Shown here: positions 12,936-23,952 of the stretch, in pieces
How positions within the stretch are numbered: the stretch's first letter is position 1
Layout: each line of letters starts with the position of its first letter
Assembly (NCBI RefSeq): GCF_035084215.1
Contig: NC_090336.1
Location: 51,832,001-51,896,000 of the forward strand
DNA length: 64,000 nucleotides
Direction: 5' to 3'
Source of the DNA: Heptranchias perlo
Taxonomy: Eukaryota
The notes under the pieces: model-generated
What the model saw: only the letters and a program-made list of their open reading frames with translations
Databases searched by the model: none
Told to the model about the DNA's origin: nothing
Position numbers and translations under genes: made by a program

Positions 12936-13148
12936 GATGTGGAGATGCCGGTGATGGACTGGGGTTGACAATTGTAAACAATTTTACAACACCAAGTTAT
13001 AGTCCAGCAATTTTATTTTAAATTCACAAGCTTTCGGAGGCTTCCTCCTTCACATCGTTCACCTGACGAAGGAGGAAGCCTCCGAAAGCTTGTGAATTTA
13101 AAATAAAATTGCTGGACTATAACTTGGTGTTGTAAAATTGTTTACAAA
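12936..13148 (-). mobile_element. Short non-coding Penelope-derived hairpin element
   Basis: Inverted arms homologous to the Penelope 3' end, with a 35-nt tail on the left arm only. TSD AAACAATTTAAC at 12924-12935 and 13149-13160. Confidence 0.9.
13058..13096 (+). ncRNA. Minimal hammerhead ribozyme
   Basis: TTCAC-CTGACGA-A-GGAGG(AAG)CCTCC-GAAA-GCTT-GTGAA. Confidence 0.8.
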
Positions 13149-14769
13149 AAACAATTTAACAACATTGACAAAGGACAATGATAAAACGTACCATAAACTA
13201 CCTTGAAGCTATATGAGCTTTACTAACATGTGATGACAACAACATCTTTCTACATTCTTAAATTTCTGAGTGTGCCAAGGGTTTTTCTTCTGATACTAAA
13301 ATAAGTGTTAGCAAAAAGGCAACTATCCCATCTGGCCTTTGCTAATATTAATAATTTGACTGACATGTACAGAGCTCCCTTGTGCCTGACCAGAGAATGA
13401 TGTGAAGCCAACAGTATAACTCTGTGCTGGTGGCTTATAGTGCTCCAGTGTTGAAACAGTACCTGCAATTTAATAGGATCTATCGACAGAAAAATGTTCC
13501 TTACTTGCTTTGGTAGTTGTAAAACATGTTTCAGCCCCTCACTAATACATTTTTCATTATGCCAAGTATTCTAATAGAAAAATTATTTTAATAAAACACT
13601 CTATAAAATTCCCCCATTATAAGATACCTTTTGTACGTCTTCCAAAGTCAACCTCATAGAAGAATGTCTGCCTTATTAAACTTTGGGATATCTAAAAACA
13701 ATCTTGTTAAAGAGCTGCCTTCGTAACTATGAGTGGATTGAGAAAAACATTGTAGACTGGCAATCCAAAGATCGTGCCACTTTGAATGTTGTCATATCAC
13801 TGAAATATTGTTCAATACCAATGGTATTGTAATGACATGAATCCTGCAGCAGTTGTTACATCCAAACAATTTCAAACAGTCAAATAGCCAAAACAAAAAT
13901 CAGACCAAAAAAAAAGGTCAAATTCAAATGGTAGCCTGAGAATGACTGCTATGCTATCAGAAACAAAGCAGACGTGGACACTTTCCTCTTAAGGCCAGTA
14001 ATCATTTGAAAATGTCCTGCAACTCCGTTCATGACTAAAATATGGTCATCTTCAGGGATTTGCTGGAAAGGATAGGGTTATGACACTGGAAAGGTTTTCA
14101 AAATACTATTGGATTTTGTTGCTTCCTTTTGAAAATAAACCATAAGCCCCTTGTGACAAAGCAGTCCTGTGTTTTGATAATATGTAGGGCACACCATTTA
14201 TTATTGCTCAGATACCAACATTCTCACTACCTGTGGGACTTTTCCACAAAACTGCAGGACTGAGGCAGAAACTCACAGAACACGTCGCAGGTGTACAAAT
14301 TTCTTGGATTGATCCAGGGATATCACACTGTGCCAAATCATTTACCCTGATAGTATGTTCTGCTGTTAATATGCCTGAAGGCAGTTTTGCAATAAATGGC
14401 TTTGTTAAGTTGTCTCGTAATGTTTTAAATGAGAAACAAAAATATTTTGCCCACATACCAAAAGTCAATGCACTTCAAAAAGTAATTCATTGTGCGATGA
14501 AGTATTTTGGGATGTTTTGGGAGAAATGTGCTTAAGTAGCACGTAAATGTGAGTCGTTCTTCCCTTTAAACAGGACAGAAATTTCCACTTGAGTTGCCGT
14601 TATAATCATGGTCTAACGGAAATCTAATTTATCATTTAATGGCCCATCTAGTCTGTAGCTTTCCTGTTGCACTGATGCAAAAACTGGAGCACAATTTGAG
14701 AGTGCAGTCATCAATCTGATCACGCATTGAATTCTGACAAGTGATATGTGAGCTCTTAGAGGAGGTAGT

Positions 14770-15111
14770 TTCTGTAAACACCAGTTTGAGACCTCTATTA
14801 GAGTGGTACAAGCCGTCAACACTGAGTTATGCCATCAACTTTGAATGGCTTTCTACTTGTACTTCAGGCCAGCTGCACTGTAACTGTAACCAGTGCAAAG
14901 TCTGGAAACTTTTTAAATGTCATTTTTGAACTTCTTAGTTTTCGCAAATAGCAAACTGGCCCATTGACTTTTTGATAACATTAAAAAATGTGGCTTGAAT
15001 ACCAGTGAGTTGAGCTTTCCCTAATTAGAAAGCCATTTAAAGTTGACAGCATAACTCAGTGTTGATGGCTTGTACCTCTCTGACAGAGGTCTCAAATTGG
15101 TGTTTACAGAA
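14770..15111. mobile_element. MITE-like element with about 85-bp terminal inverted repeats
   Basis: ttctgtaaacaccagtttgagacctct...atggctttcta (14770-14854) is mirrored at about 15026-15111. Confidence 0.8.
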
Positions 15112-15424
15112 TGATAGCAGCAGTTTTGTTCCAGAATATGCTGCATGCAAGAATTTAAAGAAGCATATTTTTAACTTAAGAATTTCCTGGTAATCAAGGT
15201 GGATTTACGAGCTGCAATAAAGCATTTCTGTCCTTTTTCACCCAGCTCCCTTTACACTGCCATCCACTGCATAAATGTTTCCATTTTTGTCATTAGTTAA
15301 CCTTGAGGCCTCCCTCAATGCGATAGCTAATTGAGTATTAAATAACGGGCAAATCAGGAATTGGGTTCAACGTTGCCAAATTCTGAATGAGGAGTTGAAA
15401 GAGGCACCAGTAAGACCAAGGCCA

Positions 15425-15745
15425 TACAACAACAACAACTTGCATTTATATAGCACCTTCAACATAGTATAACGTCCCACGTCATTTCATAGGAGCTTTA
15501 TCAGACAAAATTTGACACCGAGCGACATAAAGAGATAGTAGGACAGGTGACCAAAGCTTGGTCAAAGACATAGTTTTTAAGGAGTGACTTAAAGGAGGAG
15601 ATAGGAGGTACAGATGGAGAAGTTTAGGGAGGGAATTCCAGAGCTTAGGACCTGGGCAGCAGAAGGCACGGCCGCCAATGGTGGGGTGATGGAAATCGGG
15701 GATGTGCAAGAGGCCAGAATTAGAGTAGAGCAGAGTGACACCCAC
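15425..15745 (-). mobile_element. L2 LINE 3' end
   Basis: (caa)n-cttgcatttatatagc tail; GGRAF..GPKLWNSLP on the minus strand. Confidence 0.85.
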
Positions 15746-16624
15746 ACACCAATCCAGGATTGGGACACAAAATAAGAATCAGTTTGAGTGCATGGCCCTG
15801 AGCACTATCAAGTGACCCTTGCCGAAAATACATGTCTGAATGGAGGTCAGGACCGTACTCAGTTGTTATGCTCCGGTGGTGAATTACCTGCCAATATTCA
15901 ACGTTTCGGCTCACAACTGCCTATTGGGTTAGTGAGATGTTGCCAGCGCTGCAGAGCCATGTGCCCGTATGAGTCAGCACCTTCAGGGTGAAGGAGGATG
16001 GCATGAAGGAAATGATTAAGGAATCAAGGTAAAATGAAAAAAGTCAAGTTACAATAAAAAATAATATTTTTTTAAGTGTCTCAGTCTTAATGTATTTCAT
16101 ATGTGGTAAAAAAAACCTTGTTCCTTTAATTAGAAATGTGTGAGTTGCCTCAGCACAGGATAATTAAGTTAATTTATAGGTCATGCCAGATAATTGTGAA
16201 ATTACCCAATAAATTATAATGTTAATTTTGCAAAACTATTTGTCTTATAGGTACTGCATGCTCTTTAACTGTCCCCATTGCCACTGATGTTCATTCAGTG
16301 GTTATTTGCCTGTAACATCCCATCCATAAAAGCTTGATTATTCTTGGAAATATTAGAGGCTCAAGGGGCTTATCTCATTCTATTATCTCTTTTTATATAG
16401 TTTTAGTTGTAAAACTACCCAACATTTTGTTTCTGTTCAACTAACATAATTGACACTGACTGTGACATGGAGCTCCTCGGCAGCAAAGAAAGCAAAATAC
16501 CTCATATGGTAATTTTTATATGAAATACATTTAGTATCTAAAAAGGTACCAATGAAAATTAACATAACTAAAACATAGTTAACATAATTGTTGTGGGTTT
16601 TTATGTCAAAATATCTTGCAATGT

Positions 16625-17190
16625 AGAATCACAGAGTCTTACAACACAGAAGGTGGCCAATCGGTCCATCATGCCTGTGCTAGCTCTTTGAAAAGGCTGT
16701 CCAATTTAGTCCCACACCTCAGCTTTCTCCCCATAACCCTGCAAATTAGTTCTCTTCAAATACATGTCCAATTGCCTTCTTAAAGTTCCTTCGGAATCTG
16801 CTTCCACCACCCTTTCAGGTCATGCGTTCCAGATCTTAACAACCCTCTGTGAGAAAGAATTTCTCATTTCCCCTCTAGTTCTTTTGCCAATTATTTTAAA
16901 TCTATGACCTCTGGTTACCGTCCCACTTGCCAGAGGAAACAGTTTCTCCCTATTTGCTCTATCAAAATCCCTCATTATTTTGAAAACCTCTGTCGGGTCT
17001 CCCCTTAACCTTGTCTGCTTAACAATCACAGCTTCTCCAATCTCGACACATAACTGAAACGGCTCATCCCTGGTACAATCTTGGTAAACATCCTCTGTAC
17101 CCTCTCCAAGGCCTTGACATCCTTCCTAAAGTGTGGTGCCCAGAATTGTACACAATACTCCAGCTGAGGCCTAACCTGTGATTTGGAAAG
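16625..17190 (-). mobile_element. CR1 LINE 3' fragment
   Basis: VRPQLEYCVQFWAPHFRKD, RLRGD, TRGH. Confidence 0.9.
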
Positions 17191-17479
17191 GTTTATATCA
17201 TGACCTTTCAAGTCAACAGCTTGTTGGAGGCTTTCAATGAACATTCTTAGAATTTGTGACCATTGATGCAAAAGTAATATTATATTTAGGGCCATAAATA
17301 ATTGTTTTAGAATTCTTTGAGTTTTTTTAATGGTTACATCACTATATTAACATAATTTCTCCATCATTGTGGGTTCTTGCTTCAACCCATAGATGTGTAC
17401 AGTGGTTGATATTATTTATCAATGATAGCTTAACTCTTAATGATTTTCAGTGATCAGCATTTCATATACCTCTCCATAC

Positions 17480-17592
17480 CTTTCCTACATTACAACAGTG
17501 ACTACACTTCAAAAATAATTAATTGGCTGCAAAGTGCTTTGGGAGTTCCTGAGGTTGTGAAAGGCGCTATATAAATGCAACTCTTTCTTTTA
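17480..17592 (+). mobile_element. SINE 3' tail fragment (L2-type tail)
   Basis: tttcctacattacaacagtgactacacttcaaaa...aaaggcgctatataaatgcaa matches the tail of the 19567-20030 SINE. Confidence 0.7.
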
Positions 17593-17609
17593 CGCACCTG
17601 GGTGTCATT

Positions 17610-17755
17610 GGTCAGGAATTTCCTCAGAGCTGCTGTCACTCCGCTGCTGTAACTTCACCGGAAGCAAGGCAGAAACCTCAACAACACATGCCAATGGGGT
17701 TTCCGCTGCAGTTCTGGCGAGGTCATGGCAGCAGCGCCCAGGAAATTTCGGCCCA
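17610..17755. mobile_element. Short palindromic MITE
   Basis: ggtcaggaatttcct ... aggaaatttcggccc. A related half-copy lies at about 52360-52430. Confidence 0.55.
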
Positions 17756-17774
17756 TTGTTTTTGTTAAATTAAT

Positions 17775-18250
17775 TTTAGCGAGAGGGATAGAATATCAAA
17801 GTAGATGATATTGTTACTGTATACGACACTGGACAGACCGCTTCAGGAACCCTGTGTGAAACCTTGTTCACCATGCCATAGAAAAGAAACTATGGCCCTT
17901 CAAAGGTTGCAGCATAGGACGAGGAAGGTACCCAGGCTCAGGAATCTAAGTTATGCATAAAGTCTGGGGAAGTTGGGTTTATTCTTGTTGGAAAGGTGGA
18001 TACTGGAAAAGAGGAGACTTAGAGAAGTTTTCAAAATAATGGTGGATTGTTATCGCTGAGCCAATAAAATTGTTCACACTATCAAACATTTCAAACACTA
18101 GCGGACATAGTTAAAAATTATGAGTACGGATGGAATTCAGCTAGAAATATATTGCATGAAGGGTAATAAACTTAAGTTTAAAGAGAAGGCCATTGAAGTA
18201 AACAGGGGCAATTCGATATGATTCTGGAGAAAGGATGGATTGAGGTACAT
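17775..18250 (+). mobile_element. Highly decayed CR1 3' fragment
   Basis: Degenerate CR1 C-terminal motifs in the expected order (gggatagaatat, ctggacagaccg, gaggagacttag, actagcggacat). Confidence 0.55.
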
Positions 18251-18666
18251 ATTGGGAAGGCTGGAAGCTGTGCCGCTATCAAAAAAGGCCAAAGATTTCC
18301 CAAGAGATCTGAGGAGAGAAAATATCCTAGCAACACCTTGTTTGGTGAAGGGTTGGGGAAGTCTTGATAAATGGCAGGAGATAAGATATAATATTAAAAT
18401 TAGACCATACATTGTCCTGCTTATATTACATCAGGCAGGCCAACCTAAATAAAGTACAGCAGTAATGAAAGTAATTAGAAGCAGGTAAAGTTATACCAAC
18501 TCATGGTAAAATAAACTGTATTCATATAATAAGGGTTATTTTAAACTTTTTTTCCCTCTCAGGAGGTGACAAGCTGTATCTGACATAAATCACAGTCAAT
18601 TTAACTTCAAAATCCAGCTTCAATTTGCTCGTGTGAACAAAGTAAGTGAATGAATGTTAAGCTTAC

Positions 18667-18762
18667 CTGTCTGGCAGCCACTTCCTGTGAACCCAGGAGG
18701 ACAGGAACACATTTGTGGGGCAACACAACTTCCGCCATTCCTGCAGCCTTCCTCACAGAATG
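18667..18762 (-). CDS. NELL1: Internal 96-bp exon encoding one EGF-like domain; NELL family (NELL1-like) host gene
   Basis: Acceptor tatttttctttcaag and donor G|gtaagc, phase 1-1. Translation (A)[31 protein letters not shown] has six EGF cysteines and closely resembles the recalled NELL1 segment [32 protein letters not shown]. The paralogue (NELL1/2/3) is not certain. Absent from the ORF track. Confidence 0.8.
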
Positions 18763-19566
18763 CTTGAAAGAAAAATAGGTTTTAAGCATCTGTATGACTT
18801 AAACATGATCAAAACTTCCAAATGACCTATAGCGACCACAAAGTTGTCAAATGCTCGCTTGAGGTAAATACCCCAGTGACTCGATCTAACTGTCGTGACT
18901 TGGTTAATAAAAATAATGTCCTTATTCAGAGTTCCCATTAAGAGAGAAAACCTAAACTCTCAGCATTTAAAAAAAATCAAACATTCTTTTCCCAGACATG
19001 ATCAATGCACCCACATTACATTTTGCGCTGGGTATTTGTCATTATTTACAATATAGGAGCAAAGCAAAGATGACAGTGGATGGTATTTGAAGCATTCAGC
19101 ATGAAAATTCAGGAAAAGATGTTTAAGACACAATTACCTGGCAGATGTGGTTTGCCCTTTAAGAAATGGTAGGGGCAATTATTACTCCCTCCACCCAGCA
19201 ATAATGGAGTTAAAACTGAGGTGGTTTACTTAATGTACCCGTTACTTGCGGTTCTAAGGGTCAACCGGGCACAGCATGAAACGTGGACACTGCGCTCAGT
19301 GAAACCTGGTGGTCACAGAGTAACTCTAAAATTATTTGTATGGGGCCAGGAGGAGCAGGAGCTCTGCTCCCACGACCACCAGAATAATGTGGGTCTCTGC
19401 TGCCCCAGGCTCCTCCGCTCTGTGATCAGGCCCACCCCCCCACCCTGTCCGATCTTTCCTTATTTGAATCAACCAGCACATCAAACCATCTTCCACGCGT
19501 GTACAGTGAAGTAGTATGGAGTAAGGGGTATGCTAGAACACTTTAGAAAGTCAAAGTGCAGGACAT

Positions 19567-20030
19567 GAAAGAAAGAACTTGCATTCGTATAGCACCTTTC
19601 ATGGCCTCAGGACATCCCAAAGCACTTGATGGCCAATGGAGCACTTTTGAAGTCTAGTCATTGTTGTAATGTAGGAAACACGGCAGCCAATTTTGTACAG
19701 CAAGGTCCCACAAATAGCAAAGTGATGATGATCAGATCATCTGTTTTTTGGTGATGTTGGTTGAGGGATAAATATTGCCCAGGACACCGTGGAGAACTCC
19801 CCAGCTCTTCTTCAAATAGTGCCATGGGATCTTTTACGTTCACCTGAGAGGGCAGGCGGAGCCTCGGTTTAACGTTTCATCTGAAAGATGGCACTTCCAA
19901 CAGTGCAGCACTCCCTCGGTACTTCATTGAACTGTTAGCCTAGATTTTGCGCTCAAGTCTATGAAGTGGGACTTGAACCCACAACCTTCTGACTTAGAGG
20001 CAAGGGTGCTACCACTGAGCCATAGCTGAC
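19567..20030 (-). mobile_element. Full-length tRNA-derived Deu-domain SINE (SacSINE1-like)
   Basis: Minus-strand head with A box TGGCTCAGTGG and B box GGTTCAAGTCC. Deu core aaaagatcccatggcactatttgaagaagag. L2-like tail ending tgcaagttctttctttc. Confidence 0.85.
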
Positions 20031-20074
20031 GTGAAGTATTGTCAAAGTAGGCCCTCTCTTTTTATTTAAATTTA

Positions 20075-20239
20075 TGATGTGAAGATGCCGGTGATGGACT
20101 GGGGTTGACAATTGTAAACAATTTTACAACACCAAGTTATAGTCCAACAATTTTATTTGAAAATCACAAGCTTTCGGAGGCTTGTGATTTTCAAATAAAA
20201 TTGTTGGACTATAACTTGGTGTTGTAAAATTGTTTACAA
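20075..20239 (-). mobile_element. Short Penelope-derived hairpin element, hammerhead mostly absent
   Basis: Same arms and one-sided tail as 12936-13148. TSD TATTTAAATTTA at 20063-20074 and 20240-20251. Confidence 0.9.
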
Positions 20240-20514
20240 TATTTAAATTTAAGTAGTGAAAATTCAGTGTCCTTTCAAGTTTTACAACTAAAGGCAGTAG
20301 GGTTTTGCCTTTCATGAGGTGGCTCGATGGAGGGTCCTGTAACCATGGTGTTGTTCTCCATACTGATAAGTCTGGTCAAAATCAATGAAAAAACAGAAAA
20401 AGTTCATTTCAAATTGAAAAGCTGACCATTGCTTTACAAATTGTGGACCGGGGTTTATCTGTAGCAGTCACAAGTTAGCAGCTGCATGTTCTGCTGTAAA
20501 CTGCCAGTCCCTGA

Positions 20515-20726
20515 TGTTAATTGTAACCGTATAATTTATATCAATTAGTGTTAATTGTATTCAAGTGGTGCGTATCAATTGGGGACTCTCTTGTATCCAT
20601 TTAAATGAAAGCTTATCTTGGATGTGGAGTGGGTAATGTTGAGCTCTGTGAATGAAGGCTTGGAAGCAACTGAAGACCAGGCTCTAGTAGTCAATCGTTC
20701 ACCATCTGGCTATCCAATTTATTACA
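20515..20726 (+). mobile_element. Short solo LTR (212 bp)
   Basis: TGT...ACA termini and a perfect 5-bp TSD CCTGA at 20510-20514 and 20727-20731. Confidence 0.7.
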
Positions 20727-20931
20727 CCTGACAGTTCCTTTCATTTCCTTGCAACGTAGCAGTAGATTTAAAAAGAAAATTTCAGGCCTTGCAGCGTTAC
20801 CCTCATAATTAAGATGTAATTACATCGTTACATCGAAGCAACCGCGCAGAAACAGGCCATTCAGCACAACTGATCTATGATTGTAAACAATTTTACAACA
20901 CCAAGTTATAGTCCAGCAATTTTATTTTAAA

Positions 20932-20970
20932 TTCACAAGCTTTCGGAGGCTTCCTCCTTCGTCAGGTGAA
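20932..20970 (-). ncRNA. Minimal hammerhead ribozyme
   Basis: Reverse complement of TTCACCTGACGAAGGAGGAAGCCTCCGAAAGCTTGTGAA. Confidence 0.75.
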
Positions 20971-21032
20971 CGATGTGAAAACGATGTGAAACCGAGGCTT
21001 CCTCCTTCGTCAGGTGAACGATTTTCACATCG

Positions 21033-21071
21033 TTCACCTGACGAAGGAGGAAGCCTCCGAAAGCTTGTGAA
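21033..21071 (+). ncRNA. Minimal hammerhead ribozyme
   Basis: TTCACCTGACGAAGGAGGAAGCCTCCGAAAGCTTGTGAA. Confidence 0.8.
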
Positions 21072-21334
21072 TTTAAAATAAAATTGCTGGACTATAACTT
21101 GGTGTTGTAAAATTGTTTACAATTGTCAACCCCAGTCCATCACCGGCATCTCCACAACCTGATCTATGATGGCATTTATGCTCCACACAAACCTCCTTCC
21201 TCCCTAATTCATCTTCGCCTGTCAGCATGCTCTTCTATTCCTTTCTCCCTCATGTGCTTATCTGGCTTTCCCTTAATTGTATTCATGCTATTTGCTTTGT
21301 TCCACATTCTTACCACTCTTTGGGTAAAGAAGTT

Positions 21335-22090
21335 TTAAATGGTGATAGATTGGGACATGTTGATATACAAAGGGACCTGGGTGTCCGTGTACACCAGTCA
21401 CTGAAAGCAAACATGCAGGTGCAGCAAGCAGTTAGGAAGGCAAATGGTATGTTGGCCTTCATTGCAAGAGGATTTGAGTATAGGAGCAATGATGTCTTAC
21501 TGCAGTTATACAGGGCCTTGGTGAGACCACACCTGGAGTATTGTGTGCAGTTTTGGTCTCCTTACCCAAGAAACAATATACTTGCCAGAGAGGAAATGCA
21601 GCAAAGGTTCACCAGACTGATTCCTGGGATGGCAGGACTATAGTATGAGGAGAGATAGTGTCGACTCGGCCTGTATTCACTAGAGTTTAGAAAAATGAGA
21701 AAGGGGGTCTCATTGAAACATATAAAATTCTGACAGGGCTAGACAGACTGGATGTAGGGAGGATGTTTCCCCTGGCTGTGGGGTCTAAAACGAGTGGTTA
21801 CAGACTCAGAATACGGGGTAGGACATTTAGGACTGAGATGAGGAGAAATTTCTTCACTCAGAGGGTGGTGAACCCGTGGAATTCTCTACCACAGAAGGTT
21901 GTGGAAGCCAAGTCTCTGAATATATTTAAGAAGCAGCTAGATAGATTTCTAGACACAAAAGGCATCAAGGGGTATGGGGAGAGAGCAGGAATATGGTACT
22001 GAGATAAAGGATCAGCCATGATTATATTGAATGGCGGAGCAGGCTCAAAGGGCCGAATGGCCTACTCCTTCTCCTATTTTCTATGTTTCT
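21335..22090 (+). mobile_element. CR1 LINE 3' fragment
   Basis: QRDLGV, LVRPHLEYCVQFWSP, RRNFFTQRVV; ctatgtttct tail. Confidence 0.92.
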
Positions 22091-23952
22091 CCTGAATTCC
22101 CTATTGGAGTTATTAGTGACTATGCTATATTTAGTTTCGGATTCTCCATTCAGAACTGAACCACCTGCCTGTTATTGTAGTGGCCTGATCCAAATATATA
22201 TTATTATTGTAATTCTAATGCAGTGCAGCCTGGGCAGACATTTTTCATATCTCTGCCTTGCTGACATCATTACATTAATAAGGTGCACACTGCTTTGAAA
22301 GAGATCCTGGGATTGAATGCAGGCAAGTGTCACAATGCCACTTTTTAAGAGGCTTTTAGATAACAATGAACCGGTGATCAGCGGAGACAGTGACAGTGTG
22401 ATTTGTATTGCGTCGGATAGCTGCATGTACAGTGCTCCCCCTGAGGCAGAGTGAATAAATCCAGCTCTATAATAAATACCGTACCTGCTGCCTCAGTGAG
22501 AATCTTTTCATTTATCTCTGGCTGGAGATACTGAGCACTGCTGTGATATCCGTGAAGCTCAGATCACCACAGAAAGATTGTGGGAACAGACAGCCACAAA
22601 ATGCAGCCTGAGGTACCTTGGCTGAAAAGCTGGATGGTTAATAAAAAACAATTTGTTGAGTAGGTACAAGTGCTGTGGACATCTTAAATATGATTTCTAA
22701 CCGCTGCAAGTCAAAGACATTTTTTTTCCTCCAATGTAGAACAGAGAACTTGAGTTTTTTTAAAAATGGTGTTTTATTTTTTAATCCTCAGCAGCCAGCA
22801 ACGACTGAACTGTAGGTTTCTCATCGAACGCGTGCCTGATGTTCAGTCTAATTGGGCACGCCAGGTTTAAGCTGTCTCCTACTTAGCTCGGTATTGAGGG
22901 AAATCACACAACAGCCAGGATGGGCTTGGGGGAAGGGTGTTCAAATCTGCTGGAGTTGAGTGCGCAAAATAAGCTCCTGCCAGCATAAGGCCTGCTCCCT
23001 AACAAGCCCACCTGCCTAATTATACTCTTTGCAGTTGATCACTGGGGACCGGTTACAGCAGACTGCGTGTGAGAAGGCAGCAGGTGGAAGTGGAGTTATC
23101 CAGCCAGCAGAACAACCAATACGGTGGGCTGCGTTCATGTGTCATGCTCCAACGTTCAGGGGAAGAAAGAACAGGTGTCGACTATTCATTTGGAAGGATT
23201 AGGAGGAGTAGCGAGCCAGTCAGGTGAACGAGTATACAATGAGGAGAAATTTCTTTCCAACAACCAATAATGAGGGTACATATTTGTGCTGAAGGAACTC
23301 TGTGCTAATGTTCAACATGACTGTATTGCAAAGGGATGACAGAATCGCAAATTTAATCTTTAAACCACCAGTAAAAATCCCAGTTACATGTAATAAAAAC
23401 AGAATTTGACTTAGTTAGCAGAATGTAATCCCCACAACACCAGTATACTTTGTAATAAAAATTGAATTTGACTTATTCAGTCACTGTAAATCAGAGGGCT
23501 TTGAAATTAAGGGCTGGACATTTTTATCAGAGCATTAAACATGTGCAGGCTGTTTGTTAGTTTTGATTTCTATGAATTTTAACTCGTATGCTGGAATGTG
23601 CTATTTTCTTGAAAGGGATCCCCACTAGAAGGTGAGGCACAACTGAAAAATCAATCAAAGCACATCTGCAACAACACTGCTGAACCACTTGTTAAGTTGC
23701 TATCACCATCTTAATAAATAGAAATCTGCCAAGCTTTGCCAATGCATTGTGTAAGCTTCTAGTGGTTTTCATTCTTAATAGAAGGCACAAGGCCCCTATA
23801 TTCGTTCCTCTCTTAAGCCTTCTGCTTTTTGCCAATACAACAGTGAATCCTGGGTTAAAATTCTTGTTTATGGGAACACTTCTTCTGATCAATTTGATCA
23901 GTCTAATCAACAGTTCCAATATACACGTCCGCTGACTCCCAGAAGAGATTTA

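Larger units (their letters stand above)
20882..21158 (+). mobile_element. Short Penelope-derived hairpin element with two complete hammerheads
   Basis: Inverted arms with the tail on the right only. TSD CTGATCTATGAT at 20870-20881 and 21159-21170. Confidence 0.9.
20815..21332 (-). mobile_element. CR1 3' end fragment interrupted by the Penelope hairpin; resumes at about 22088-22145
   Basis: Similar to 33175-33690 (acaggccattcagc..., ttccacattcttaccactct...gggtaaagaagttt|ctcctgaattcc). Confidence 0.7.

Noticed and set aside
12936-13148. DNA-transposon MITE or pre-miRNA interpretation of the hairpin
   Set aside because: The arms are homologous to the Penelope 3' end, the tail is one-sided and the TSD is 12 bp.
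13627-14085. Possible small minus-strand exons downstream of the EGF exon
   Set aside because: The frames that stay open are not phase 1 and do not give the expected DIDEC-type continuation.
19960-20030. tRNA gene
   Set aside because: The A and B boxes belong to a SINE head that continues into the Deu domain and tail.
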